Shown: positions 9,819-19,580, counted from the stretch's first letter. The stretch: 64,000 nt of DNA from Candidatus Poribacteria bacterium (GCA_046582655.1 JAYGDX010000073.1:1-64000), one strand, 5' to 3'. The notes: generated by a model from the sequence alone, not told the origin. A program made the numbers and translations.

Positions 9819-10236
9819 GTTTCAGAGGGTTCTGCTTATTAGGATCAATCTATGTGTGTGCATGCGGAAGATATCGGCAATTTAGCCCTTTGAAGCGTAG
9901 ATCATTTGGAAAAATAAACATTTCTTGGTCTTGGTGTGCTTCACCCCTTTTAGTCTTACCAAGACTGTTACCGGCCATAGGGTTACCAATCGGCAGTAAG
10001 TAAGAAACGTTGCTAAAACCAACCCGAAGTCTGCCGTTTTCCAGAATGCCAATAGCAGTCTAAAGTTCACATAGCAATCTAATCACTAAAAATCCTTCCC
10101 CGTTGCGTTAGTTGCGTTAAAATGATCCTGCCTAGTGTCGCTCCTTATAATTATGTTACTTAAATAGTGAGTAAATTAACTGTTGAGAAGATGGTTGTTC
10201 CTAAATGTAATGTCCTCATTGGTGGAGGAGTGAACA

Positions 10237-11280
10237 ATGGTTAATGCTGCCGTGGTTGGATACGGTGCTGCTGGTCGATACTACCATTCTTACCTGATTA
10301 GTTTGGCCAGCGGGATCGACCTGTACGCGATAGCCACACGTGATCCCGATCGGCGGCAACAAGCTGCCGAGCACCATTCAGATGCACAGATCTATGAAAA
10401 TATTGATCAAGTAGTTTCTGATGATAAAGTAGATCTCGTGGTACTGGCAACGCCACATAATGTCCACGCCGAATTAGCAATCAAGGCTATGGAGGCAGGC
10501 AAGCACGTTGTTACAGACAAGATTATGTGCCTGAACGCGCTGGAAGCAGAAAAAATGATTGTTTCCAGTGAACAAAACAACGTACTTTTGAGTATCTTTC
10601 ACAACCGCCGTTGGGACTGGGACTACCTGACTGTCAAGAAAGTGATTGACGATGGATTACTTGGAAATCCATATCTTTATCAGGTTGCAATCATGCAGTA
10701 CGATCGACCGCGTGGGTGGGGGTGGCGCGGATCCAAAGTACAAAGTGGCGGTATCTTATTTGATTGGCCTGCTCATCTAGTCGATCAAGCTCTTCAACTG
10801 ATCGACTCATCCGTCAGAACAGTCTTTTGTGATATTTACTATACCGATCAGTGGAACATCGACATTGGAAATTATGCCAACCTAATTATTACCTACCAAA
10901 ATGATGTCAGGTATCAAATTGAAATCAGCAATCTGGCTAAAAGCCCAAAACCGAGATGGTACGTGCAAGGCAATCTTGGTGGTCTGATCAAATTTGGCCT
11001 TGACCCACAAGATTCAGCTATGAAGGCTGGCAATATTGATGCGGCGGAACAGACACCAGAAAATTTTGCCAACGTTATAACTATTGCTAACGGCAACGAG
11101 GAACAGATTGATATCGAACCGGTTCGTGGTTCGTGGAAATCTTACTACCAAAATATCGCTGATGTCTTGAACCATGGGGTAGAATTGGTTGTTACGCCAG
11201 CGCAGATTCTAGAGGTGATGCGGGTTTATGACGCGGCTATGAAATCCTCCGAAACTGGAGAAGTTGTTCGACTCCCATAG
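10237..11280 (+). CDS. Gfo/Idh/MocA family oxidoreductase
   Basis: VVGYGAAG Rossmann motif, AGKHVVTDK, FHNRRWD and GGILFDW.AH. Confidence 0.92.
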   Translation: MVNAAVVGYGAAGRYYHSYLISLASGIDLYAIATRDPDRRQQAAEHHSDAQIYENIDQVVSDDKVDLVVLATPHNVHAELAIKAMEAGKHVVTDKIMCLNALEAEKMIVSSEQNNVLLSIFHNRRWDWDYLTVKKVIDDGLLGNPYLYQVAIMQYDRPRGWGWRGSKVQSGGILFDWPAHLVDQALQLIDSSVRTVFCDIYYTDQWNIDIGNYANLIITYQNDVRYQIEISNLAKSPKPRWYVQGNLGGLIKFGLDPQDSAMKAGNIDAAEQTPENFANVITIANGNEEQIDIEPVRGSWKSYYQNIADVLNHGVELVVTPAQILEVMRVYDAAMKSSETGEVVRLP

Positions 11281-11340
11281 GATTTTCGGTCTTCGTTTTT
11301 TTAGATTTGGTAATTGATTCAACACGCTATGCTGTCTGTC

Positions 11341-12352
11341 ATCAACAGCTATAAAATTCAGGTCGATTAACAATCGGAACTGTTTCCGGCTGCCCTGTTT
11401 GAAAAGACCACTTGCAGCTATCTGCTACAACTAGTGAGGTATAACCGTCCCAAGCAGTGGGGCCTTCAAAATCACCAGTGGCGACTGCTTGGGACCAAGA
11501 TTGCATTTCGTTTAAGGTATGCTGTGTCGAAACGGGTTAACCAGTCCGTTTCGATTGATTGCCTGCGGTTACCTGAGCGTCGCACGATTGGGTTGCTCAA
11601 TGTCGTTATTCGAATCTGTCCCAATTCACCGGTGATTTCCACGTTGACTTCATAGCCGTAACCCGAGTCGGAATTGACCTCAATCACTCCCAAACTTCCG
11701 TTCCTGAAAGTTAAATGGATAACAAGAAGACGACAAGTATTTGGTTTGCTAGCGGCTGCCACATGTTGGACGTACACACTGGCAATCTCTTCACCCATTA
11801 GCCAGCGGGCTGAATGGATATCGTGAATTGCCGAATTGACTATGGCATCATCAATATGCCAGTTATAACCGAAACTGATGTTGTAGTGTGTTCCTCGGAA
11901 TAGAATAGGCTGACCGATCTCACCTTCCGCAATGGCATGCTTGACTTTACGGTGTGGCGGATCGAACTCGCGCATAAACCCAACTTGTACTAACCGCCGT
12001 CCCTTGGCTACCTTAGCCTGAAACACGCGCTCAGCATTCTCTACATTGGTGGCGAGTGGGTTTCTCACACAAAACCGGCTTATAGGCTTCAAGGCAAGCT
12101 AATGTTAATTCGGCATGCGTTTGATCTGGTGTGATAATAACTACCGCTTCAACATCTGGATTGGTGATAAGCGCGTCTGCAGAAGTGAAGGATTTACTCC
12201 CACTGCATTCCGCAGTAGATAGCATTAGCTTGATCAACATCCATCACCGCGACGACACGAGCGTTGGATACCCGCTTGGCTAAATTTCGGATATGACAAC
12301 TACCCATCTTGCCAATACCAATAACATGAACACGAATTTCACGACCTTTCAT
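11341..12352 (-). pseudogene. Frameshifted Gfo/Idh/MocA (myo-inositol dehydrogenase-like) gene
   Basis: ATG at 12352 after AAGGAGG gives MKGREIRVHVIGIGKMG. The gene continues in different frames (…TPDQTHAEL…KPVLCEKP / …QVGFMREFD…NSAIHDIH), implying at least 3 frameshifts. The 3' end is approximate. Confidence 0.85.
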
Positions 12353-13002
12353 GGTTAAGTTCCTCCTTGGAATTACAATTCCTTATCGATAATCAAGTGA
12401 GGTTTTGTTTTACCGATTGCAGTAGCCTAACAAGTAATATTTAAGAAAGAAAGATAATCCTTAATGATTATTATGCAGCTTGATCTATCTTCAAGTGTTT
12501 TAAAGATACTCAGATTCTGTTGGTCTGGGGTTCTTATCCTTAATTGACGATCATGCCGAGGACATTACTGAATCCCTACTATAACGTGTTGAATAGAACA
12601 TCAAGCTGGCAAACATGAACAAGACCTGCCAGATCGTTTTCCAAATCTCTGCGCTCATATATTACTCCATATTATTGTGAAAGCCTAACTGATTGGATGG
12701 ATGTGGATTTTGGGTCAACAAGGCTCCCACGATCATACCGAGGCCTCCGAGAACAAGACTAAGAAAAGCTGGTAGATTAGAGCTTTCGGCCAGTGGTTTC
12801 AAAAGTTCAGGGGCTTTCTCAGGAAACTAGCTCAATATCAGGAAAGAGACTGGTGCCAATGCACCTAGAATTAGAGCACTATAGGCTCCAGGAGTATTGG
12901 CTTTTGACCAATAGAGCCCTAGTGCAATAATCTGGCCCAAGATCAGGGGAGGCTAACCGAATTTGTCATTTCACACTTAAACTATTGCAATTTGACAAAT
13001 TT

Positions 13003-13729
13003 AGTAGTCGTTAATTTGTAAGTGATATGCTCAAGTGGTATTGAGTGATAAACCACTTGGTGACTACCTAATGATATGCACCTGACTTGGAGAAAGATAA
13101 TTTCTTGCCGACGTAAGGCGGCGAACGCTGAGACAATGTGTTATACCTACGTTCCATAGTGGGAGGTTTCATCTATCTCCTTTCCTACACAACAATGTGT
13201 TTCTTGAGGAAAGATTGACGATAGATTTTCCAGAAGTTACTGAAGCGTAGACATTGTTTCGGTGGTATCTTGTTGCACAAACGTTGACAGGTCTTCTGGC
13301 CATGATCTGCTATCACATAAGCTACTATCTGTCGCCTTTTCTACACATTGCCGTCCATAGCCAGCGCTTGTCGTCTTTCCTCTGTACGAAAAATAGGCCT
13401 CATCGACTTCTAAAATGTCCCAGTTTGTTTGGTAACTTAAGGTATCTGTTCCATTTGGATAATGTCTTAACTGATTTCTTAATCCACCGTCAACTGTTTG
13501 TCGGTACACATTAAAAATACGTTCTAATCCTCCTAATACTGGAGCGATCTTGATAGGATTTCAAAATCGTTTCTTGTTGGTTATTTGGATGTTTTTTTAC
13601 GCCAAAACACGACAGGCCTCACAGTGTGTCATTTGTTTTTTTACCATGACCGGCAAATTGGCTCCCAACATGGTTGATAATCTTACTCATTTCGTGAATT
13701 CTGTGTTTTGTGTATGATTCATCAGTACC
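13003..13729 (-). mobile_element. Decayed IS1-family insertion sequence (InsA/InsB remnants)
   Basis: Minus-strand fragments joined across frameshifts: ILKSYQDRSSIR…RQTV (InsA HTH-like), LEVDEA…FVQRKDDKRWLWTAMCR…RQIVAYVIADHGQKTCQRL…FSNFWKIY…CVGKE…ERRYNTLSQR…KLSFSKS. One end reads GGTACTG; boundaries are approximate. Confidence 0.8.
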
Positions 13730-13777
13730 AATTTTTACCCAGTACTAATTTTTTGCAAAAAATATCATAAAAAAATC

Positions 13778-13806
13778 TTGACAGAAATATTCATTAGTGT
13801 TATCTT
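13778..13806 (+). promoter_or_regulatory. Sigma70 promoter for the large outer-membrane-protein operon
   Basis: TTGACA (13778-13783), 17 nt ending in TGT, then TATCTT (13801-13806), preceded by A-tracts resembling an UP element. Confidence 0.7.
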
Positions 13807-13967
13807 TAGGCCTGTCGAATTGCACTGAGAAGCAATTTCTAAGTGTTTTTTCGCTTTATAACTGGGTTGGCGGTTATGTTCTACGGGTTGGCTTTTTCGT
13901 TAACTCGGCAATAGCAGTATTGTTCAGGAAGTAACCTAAATCTAGTAGGGATGATAAATACAAAATT

Positions 13968-16900
13968 TTGAGGGAGAACTACAACATTATGGATATGCCT
14001 AAGCGTCCATTCTCCGTTTTTGAGAGCTTGTTTGCAGTGACAGGCGTATTGGGTTTGATGCTGCTATACGGTTGCGCAGGTACGAGTCTTGGTCCACAAG
14101 AACCGCTACTGCCGACGATTGAAGGACAGGCTAAATTTTCAGACCGCTTCCAATTGGAAGAAGAGCCTCAGTTCTTCTACGATTTGTTCGGGAAAGAATT
14201 GCTTGAAGGGAATGAAGTCTATAACTATCGAGAGAAAAAGGATTTTAACCAAGCTGGTGAATTAGTAGTTGGTTGGACTGGTTCGCTTGATAGTGAGAGA
14301 TTTTCTGCACAATTAGACCGGACAATCTTGACAGAAGATAATTTTAAGGGTAGACACGTTGAGTTCGCCATTGGCGATGATATGCGTGTTAAGCCTGCGA
14401 CCTTGTTTCCAAACAGATATATCATTTACAAAACTGAATTTGATGGATTTAGATGGGATATCTCATTTTCGCAGGAACGTCATCTGTTCACGCTTTTAAA
14501 CTCTCGTATTTCTAACCCGGTAAAACTATCCGATGCTGCTGCTAACCTGGCTCCAACGCTTGGTCGCCGTAACGGTTTGAATGAAGACGCAGGTATACGT
14601 CATATCGAGAACGCTAGGTTAGTCGGTTTTAGAGCGCAAGGGCTTCTGGGTGATATTTTCCGTGTTGGTTTCACTTATATAAATCTTCATAAAGAGCATC
14701 CAGAGAGAATTGAAAATCCAATGATGGGGACGGTTGCTAATACCCCTCCGGAAAGGATTGTTGTTCTGTTTCGAGATGATTCTCCGGAGGACAACCACCC
14801 GGCTGTATTTAATCCATATGATGCAAATAGGGATATCGACCTGATGCAAGGTGGTGTCGGGGCGGCTTTCAAAGAGATGAAGGTTACCATCTGGACACGT
14901 GAGCTTGAAGAACTCGATCTTGGAGAAATGAAGATCAAAGGGGATCTTGAGTCGCTCGGAGCATATGGTGCTATTTCTAAGGCGGAGTGGGAAGAGCTAG
15001 GATTGTCCGAGACAGATTGGGAGAATTGGAAAAATGTTCGTAATCTCAAGGCTAAAATCCTTCCTGCTGAAAAGACTGAAATCGAAGTTGGCCTTGATGA
15101 GATTCAGCCTGTTGAGGGATATGAACCGCCACGTGATTCGGTGGATGGTGACTGGAAGATTGCTGACGGATTCGGTGCTATGAAGTACGAATTAGATTTA
15201 GCTAGTGTAGAAGGTGGTATTGATCCGCGTACTATCACCAACATCGAATTCGACATGATTGTTGCCGGCGATTACAATATCGTAGTTACTGGTTACAGTG
15301 AAGCCAATAAGAATGAAGACGATCCAGTCTTGGCTGAATGGATTAAAACGGAAGATGGTCATATTGAAATGCCCTTTCGCGATATGATCCAATCTCCGGG
15401 CAACTATGGTCAATCTGATCATTACACCCAGAACCGAGAAGATCTGGCTGATAATCCGACCGACTGGGAAGATTCAGGTAAACCTCGTAAGGTGCACTAT
15501 CAGTATGGTGCTGCCAGAGCTGCTGTTCTTTATGGTATTGATCTGGAAGGAACTATTCCTGGTTCAAATACCTTTGTTCGTGCACATTACTCCATAAATG
15601 GTAAATATAAGCAATATCCAACAATTTCCAAGGATAATATCGGTTTTAGCCGAACCTACATTCCAAGAGAAGGTGAGGAGGAACCCGAGGAAGGCGGTCC
15701 TGGTGAGGGTGCAAACGTCAGCAAGGATCCAACTACGGGGCTGATAGTTGATGCCAATGGCCTCCCAACCTATTCCGATATTGATGGTGATCGCTTTGAA
15801 TCCTTTCTTGGTGGTAATGGTACTGACCCGGATGGTTCAGGTGACTTGGGGCGTGAAACCGCATGGTTCATTAATCTGAGACAGCGTTTTGACAAACTAT
15901 ATTTGGAAGGCGCTTGGTATAAGGCTGATCCAGGGTTTACAACAACCTATCTAAACTTTGGTGCTAATACTGATCGAGATGCAACGTATTCGCTCGAGCG
16001 TACGCCAGAGTCGGGAGCTGAAGTTGACCCCTACGATGAAATCAATTATATGCTGATCGAGGATGACGATGATGATGACGACTGGCCGGATGACATCGAC
16101 TTTGACGGTGTTCTGCCGCAAGCCGATGATCGTGATCAGAATGGCATCTTAGATTATCAAGAAGATTTCCTCATTTTTGAGGCTGACCCACCGATTTTTG
16201 AGGATCTTGTCGACCTCAATAACAATGGCACTATCGACTCGTTGGAGGACGATTACGAGCCCCAGTATGAGTACGGAATTGACCGGCAAGGTTATCATGT
16301 TCAAGCTAGCTATGATTTGCTGGACAATATGACGCTACAAGCGGGTTGGTTGAATGAGCATGAGGTTTCTAGTGCGCGTAAAAACAATTCGAAATATCTG
16401 CATCTCACCTATCAGCGCGACATTCCGGATTTCGGAACTATCTTGTTCCAAGATCGATTTGTTCGCGTGCAGGATGATATTCCAGATTATTCGATTACCT
16501 TACGTATTGGTGACTTGGAAGCCGAGCAAACTAGAGATGAACTCGACTTTTATAATGCTCGGATTAATACTTCAACCTTGCAGTTCCTCTATACGGCTGT
16601 TCCACAGTTGACGCTGGAAGCAAAATTCCTAGTGGCCATCCAGAAGCAGTTCCAGCAGGATGAAGGAAGCGCTATCTCGCTTGATATAGAAGACACTGAT
16701 AAGGACGAGCGTGTTGACTATATGATACCCGAAGAGCAAGTACGGGCAGGTGGTGATAGACGGGAATTCCCATTCTACCCGGATATGGGCCTTAATCCGC
16801 TTGGTGGTGACACTGGGTTGATCTATGATAGGGAAAATTGGAATGCTCGTCGTTATCAGAGCAAAACTGCTCGAACCCAGATTACGATTCTCAAAGCCAA

Positions 16901-17426
16901 GTATGAGTTCCCGCTGGGTGATTTGCCCTATGTTGAGCAGATTGGTGAAGATTTAACGTTGACGCCAATGGCCAAATACATTTGGGATAAGCGTTTTGAT
17001 CGAAAAGCTGATCAGATACCAAAGACGTTGAATCCGCGTGTTTATGTTCCGACAGATCCTGAAGCGGTTGAGTATCTCCGCTTTAACCAGAAGAGTCGTG
17101 AGGATATCTTAGGTGCGCGATTGGATTATCAGTTCACTCAGAGGTTCAATGTACTTGGTGGATTCCAGTATCGTAAATACACAAATAGAGATGATAGCTT
17201 CGAGAAATTCGTTTCGAAATTCCCCGAAGATGAACCGATCCCAATGCAATATCGTCCGTCCTTGCGGACGCGTATCATGGAGATTCAAGCCATTAACCGC
17301 GGTGAATGGCTTGGATTCAATATAGTTGTCCTTGCAGGTTTCAGACGAACGACCATATTAGGTCAACCTGGTGAGAAATCTACCCAGAGTAATACCACCT
17401 TCGTTCGTGCGATGATGGGCTTCTAA
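13968..17426 (+). CDS. Large hypothetical outer-membrane protein: lipobox, acidic Ca-binding-like loop, beta-barrel-like C-terminal half
   Basis: Hydrophobic stretch ending LLYG-C; DxDxxG/DxNNNG motifs; amphipathic strands (GYHVQASYDL, ARLDYQFTQRFNVLGGFQYRKY); terminal TFVRAMMGF. The start may be ATG 13989 or 13995. Confidence 0.7.
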   Translation: MRENYNIMDMPKRPFSVFESLFAVTGVLGLMLLYGCAGTSLGPQEPLLPTIEGQAKFSDRFQLEEEPQFFYDLFGKELLEGNEVYNYREKKDFNQAGELVVGWTGSLDSERFSAQLDRTILTEDNFKGRHVEFAIGDDMRVKPATLFPNRYIIYKTEFDGFRWDISFSQERHLFTLLNSRISNPVKLSDAAANLAPTLGRRNGLNEDAGIRHIENARLVGFRAQGLLGDIFRVGFTYINLHKEHPERIENPMMGTVANTPPERIVVLFRDDSPEDNHPAVFNPYDANRDIDLMQGGVGAAFKEMKVTIWTRELEELDLGEMKIKGDLESLGAYGAISKAEWEELGLSETDWENWKNVRNLKAKILPAEKTEIEVGLDEIQPVEGYEPPRDSVDGDWKIADGFGAMKYELDLASVEGGIDPRTITNIEFDMIVAGDYNIVVTGYSEANKNEDDPVLAEWIKTEDGHIEMPFRDMIQSPGNYGQSDHYTQNREDLADNPTDWEDSGKPRKVHYQYGAARAAVLYGIDLEGTIPGSNTFVRAHYSINGKYKQYPTISKDNIGFSRTYIPREGEEEPEEGGPGEGANVSKDPTTGLIVDANGLPTYSDIDGDRFESFLGGNGTDPDGSGDLGRETAWFINLRQRFDKLYLEGAWYKADPGFTTTYLNFGANTDRDATYSLERTPESGAEVDPYDEINYMLIEDDDDDDDWPDDIDFDGVLPQADDRDQNGILDYQEDFLIFEADPPIFEDLVDLNNNGTIDSLEDDYEPQYEYGIDRQGYHVQASYDLLDNMTLQAGWLNEHEVSSARKNNSKYLHLTYQRDIPDFGTILFQDRFVRVQDDIPDYSITLRIGDLEAEQTRDELDFYNARINTSTLQFLYTAVPQLTLEAKFLVAIQKQFQQDEGSAISLDIEDTDKDERVDYMIPEEQVRAGGDRREFPFYPDMGLNPLGGDTGLIYDRENWNARRYQSKTARTQITILKAKYEFPLGDLPYVEQIGEDLTLTPMAKYIWDKRFDRKADQIPKTLNPRVYVPTDPEAVEYLRFNQKSREDILGARLDYQFTQRFNVLGGFQYRKYTNRDDSFEKFVSKFPEDEPIPMQYRPSLRTRIMEIQAINRGEWLGFNIVVLAGFRRTTILGQPGEKSTQSNTTFVRAMMGF

Positions 17427-17431
17427 AACCT

Positions 17432-17463
17432 AAAAGCCCTTTCTCAACCAGTAAAGGGCTTTT
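17432..17463 (+). terminator. Rho-independent terminator-like hairpin after the OMP gene
   Basis: aaaagcccttt-ctcaaccagt-aaagggctttt. Confidence 0.75.
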
Positions 17464-17553
17464 AATCTGTTGTTTTACGGAACTTTCCGTGAAATCAAGG
17501 GTTTTTACATTAACTCAACTTAAAATTTAGTTTAAACATGTTTAGGAGAAGAT

Positions 17554-18531
17554 ATGAAACATCTAACCCGCATTTTGGTCATACTGCTGTTCGTTTGTGC
17601 AGGGATGGCCTTTGCTCAAGACACTGGAAAAGTACACGGTGAAGTTATTGACACCAGCAAGCAGAGAAACCCTGTTGAGAATGTACGTGTCGTAATAGTT
17701 GATACAGGTGGGCAAGAATTTGTGGGCACTACTACAGCCAATGGCGAATATACCATAGATGGTGTGCCATCTGGTCGATATTTGTTCACGATTGGTGCCA
17801 CAGGTTATGTTCCTAGAAGAGGGTTTCGACCAGTAACAGTTATTTCTGGTGGTGATCATTATGTTGATTTGAAAATAACAAAGAAAGACACTGTCTTCGA
17901 CTTTTTCAAAAAATTCGGTTATGTCTTTTATCCTTTGGCCTTGTGTTCTATCTTGGCCGTGACTTTTATCATCGAACGCGCAATTGCTTTCTTAACTAAT
18001 CGGTCTAATATTGGGACAGAGCAGTTAGTAGCTAGTGTCACAGACTCTTTGCGTAACGAGAACATAATGGAAGCTGTCTCGATTTGTGAGGAATCTGGAG
18101 GTTCTCTTGCTAACGTGCTGAAAGCTGGGTTGTTGAGGTATAGTCAAGCCCAAATCGAAGAGCGCGAGATTAGTAAGGAAGAAATGCAAGAAGCTATTCA
18201 AGAAGCAGGATTGCTTGAAATCCCACAGTTGGAATCAAATCTAGTGTGGCTATCGACAATTGCTGTTGTTTCACCTTTGTTTGGACTTCTTGGAACTGTT
18301 ACGGGTATGATTAACGCTTTTACCACGATTGCATTGGAAGGAACTGGTGATCCACAAGAATTGGCTGGTGGTATTTCACAGGCTTTGCTAACTACTGCCG
18401 CTGGTTTAACAATTGCAATACCTTGTCTTGTTTTCTACAATATTTTTGATAGTCTTGTTAGCAAGCAAGTTATTGATATTGAAACGGTTTCTGCCGAAGT
18501 CATTAACCAACTAATTTCTAGGACAAGTTAA
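17554..18531 (+). CDS. MotA/TolQ/ExbB proton-channel protein fused to an N-terminal carboxypeptidase-regulatory-like domain
   Basis: Signal peptide (AFA-Q), then G.V.D…TT.NGEYTIDGVPSGRY.F, then SPLFGLLGTVTGMI and GGISQALLTTAAGL.IAIP. Confidence 0.92.
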   Translation: MKHLTRILVILLFVCAGMAFAQDTGKVHGEVIDTSKQRNPVENVRVVIVDTGGQEFVGTTTANGEYTIDGVPSGRYLFTIGATGYVPRRGFRPVTVISGGDHYVDLKITKKDTVFDFFKKFGYVFYPLALCSILAVTFIIERAIAFLTNRSNIGTEQLVASVTDSLRNENIMEAVSICEESGGSLANVLKAGLLRYSQAQIEEREISKEEMQEAIQEAGLLEIPQLESNLVWLSTIAVVSPLFGLLGTVTGMINAFTTIALEGTGDPQELAGGISQALLTTAAGLTIAIPCLVFYNIFDSLVSKQVIDIETVSAEVINQLISRTS

Positions 18532-18545
18532 TGCATATAACCTCA

Positions 18546-18584
18546 ATGCACAAAAAGGCGGATTATATTTGCCTTTTTGTGCAT
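18546..18584 (+). promoter_or_regulatory. Perfect 14-bp stem-loop between exbB and exbD
   Basis: atgcacaaaaaggc-11 nt-gcctttttgtgcat. Confidence 0.7.
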
Positions 18585-18609
18585 GAATTGCAAAACTGAG
18601 GAGTGTTAC

Positions 18610-19041
18610 ATGAACGATAAAAGTTCAATGCGTTCTAGTAGAAGTAAGAAATCTGTTGAGATGGACATGGCGCCAATGATTGATTGTGTGTTTTTGCTCC
18701 TCATTTTCTTTATGGTTTCAACTACTTTTGCTCCGATGCCTGGCATTCGTGTTCAATTACCTCCTCCTGGTAAGCCAAACCCAAATAAACCTAAGGGTTT
18801 AATTATCAGGATTGCGAATCCAGAAATGGGCCAAGTTAAGGGCGTGATGGTTTTAAATGATGAGATTATTGAATACAACGATATATATACCAAGTTGCTT
18901 AATCAGCCTGATGAAATTAAAAACATGTTAATCATTCAGTCTGAGCGTGATGTTCTTCACGAACAGATTATTAAGGTGATTGATCTTGCTAAACAGGCGG
19001 GAATTGTAGGGGTTGGTTTCGCTGTGGTTGCAAGGGAATAA
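18610..19041 (+). CDS. exbD: ExbD/TolR family protein 1
   Basis: MAPMIDCVFLLLIFFMVST transmembrane helix with the conserved Asp. Start placed at the ATG after GAGGAG. Confidence 0.9.
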   Translation: MNDKSSMRSSRSKKSVEMDMAPMIDCVFLLLIFFMVSTTFAPMPGIRVQLPPPGKPNPNKPKGLIIRIANPEMGQVKGVMVLNDEIIEYNDIYTKLLNQPDEIKNMLIIQSERDVLHEQIIKVIDLAKQAGIVGVGFAVVARE

Positions 19042-19056
19042 AACAGGGGGGGTTGT

Positions 19057-19473
19057 ATGGCTTTACTCAGCCGAAAGAAAACTGATCGAGACACCACTCT
19101 GCAGATGGCGCCGATGATCGATTGTGTTTTTTTGTTACTGATTTTTTTTATGGTTTCAGCTGTTATGAAAAATGAGCCGGATTTTACAGTGACATTGCCG
19201 GATTCCGAAACCAAGCACGAGTTTCCTAGGAAGAAGTATAATGTGTTTATAGGTCAAAACGGTCAAGTTGCTATCGACGACCAAACGCATGACCTTGATT
19301 CAATGGAAAGATGGTTAGCAGCCAACCAGCAGAGGATCAGCACGTTAATTGTTAAAGCAGATAGATATGCTAAACATGGTCTCGTTATCGACGTGATGGA
19401 ACGTGCGAAACTTCAGCTTAATAAGGAAGAAGGGCAGGAGATAGCCCTAGCCGTTAGCGAAGACAAACTTTGA
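19057..19473 (+). CDS. exbD: ExbD/TolR family protein 2
   Basis: MAPMIDCVFLLLIFFMVS and VKADRYAKHGLVIDVM motifs. Confidence 0.9.
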   Translation: MALLSRKKTDRDTTLQMAPMIDCVFLLLIFFMVSAVMKNEPDFTVTLPDSETKHEFPRKKYNVFIGQNGQVAIDDQTHDLDSMERWLAANQQRISTLIVKADRYAKHGLVIDVMERAKLQLNKEEGQEIALAVSEDKL

Positions 19474-19505
19474 TTTAGTTCCCTTCATTAAGTTTAAATT
19501 ATTGT

Positions 19506-19538
19506 AAAGGCAGCCATAGTGCTGCCTTTTTTGTTTTT
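19506..19538 (+). terminator. Rho-independent terminator closing the OMP-exbB-exbD-exbD unit
   Basis: aaaggcagc-catagt-gctgccttt followed by a T tract. Confidence 0.85.
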
Positions 19539-19580
19539 GACTAAGTTTTATCGATTTCTCACAGGAGTCTTGAGCAAAAA

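Noticed and set aside
13237..13509. 90-aa ORF as an IS1595 transposase (EVDEAYF) or an intact gene
   Set aside because: Neighbouring frames give IS1 InsB motifs (KRWLWTAMCR, RQIVAYVI, LSFSKS). The ORF is a chimera of frameshifted IS1 pieces.
13968..17426. Annotation as a classical TonB-dependent receptor
   Set aside because: No recognisable TonB box, plug motifs or typical TBDT C-terminal signature, so it is left as an unknown OM protein.
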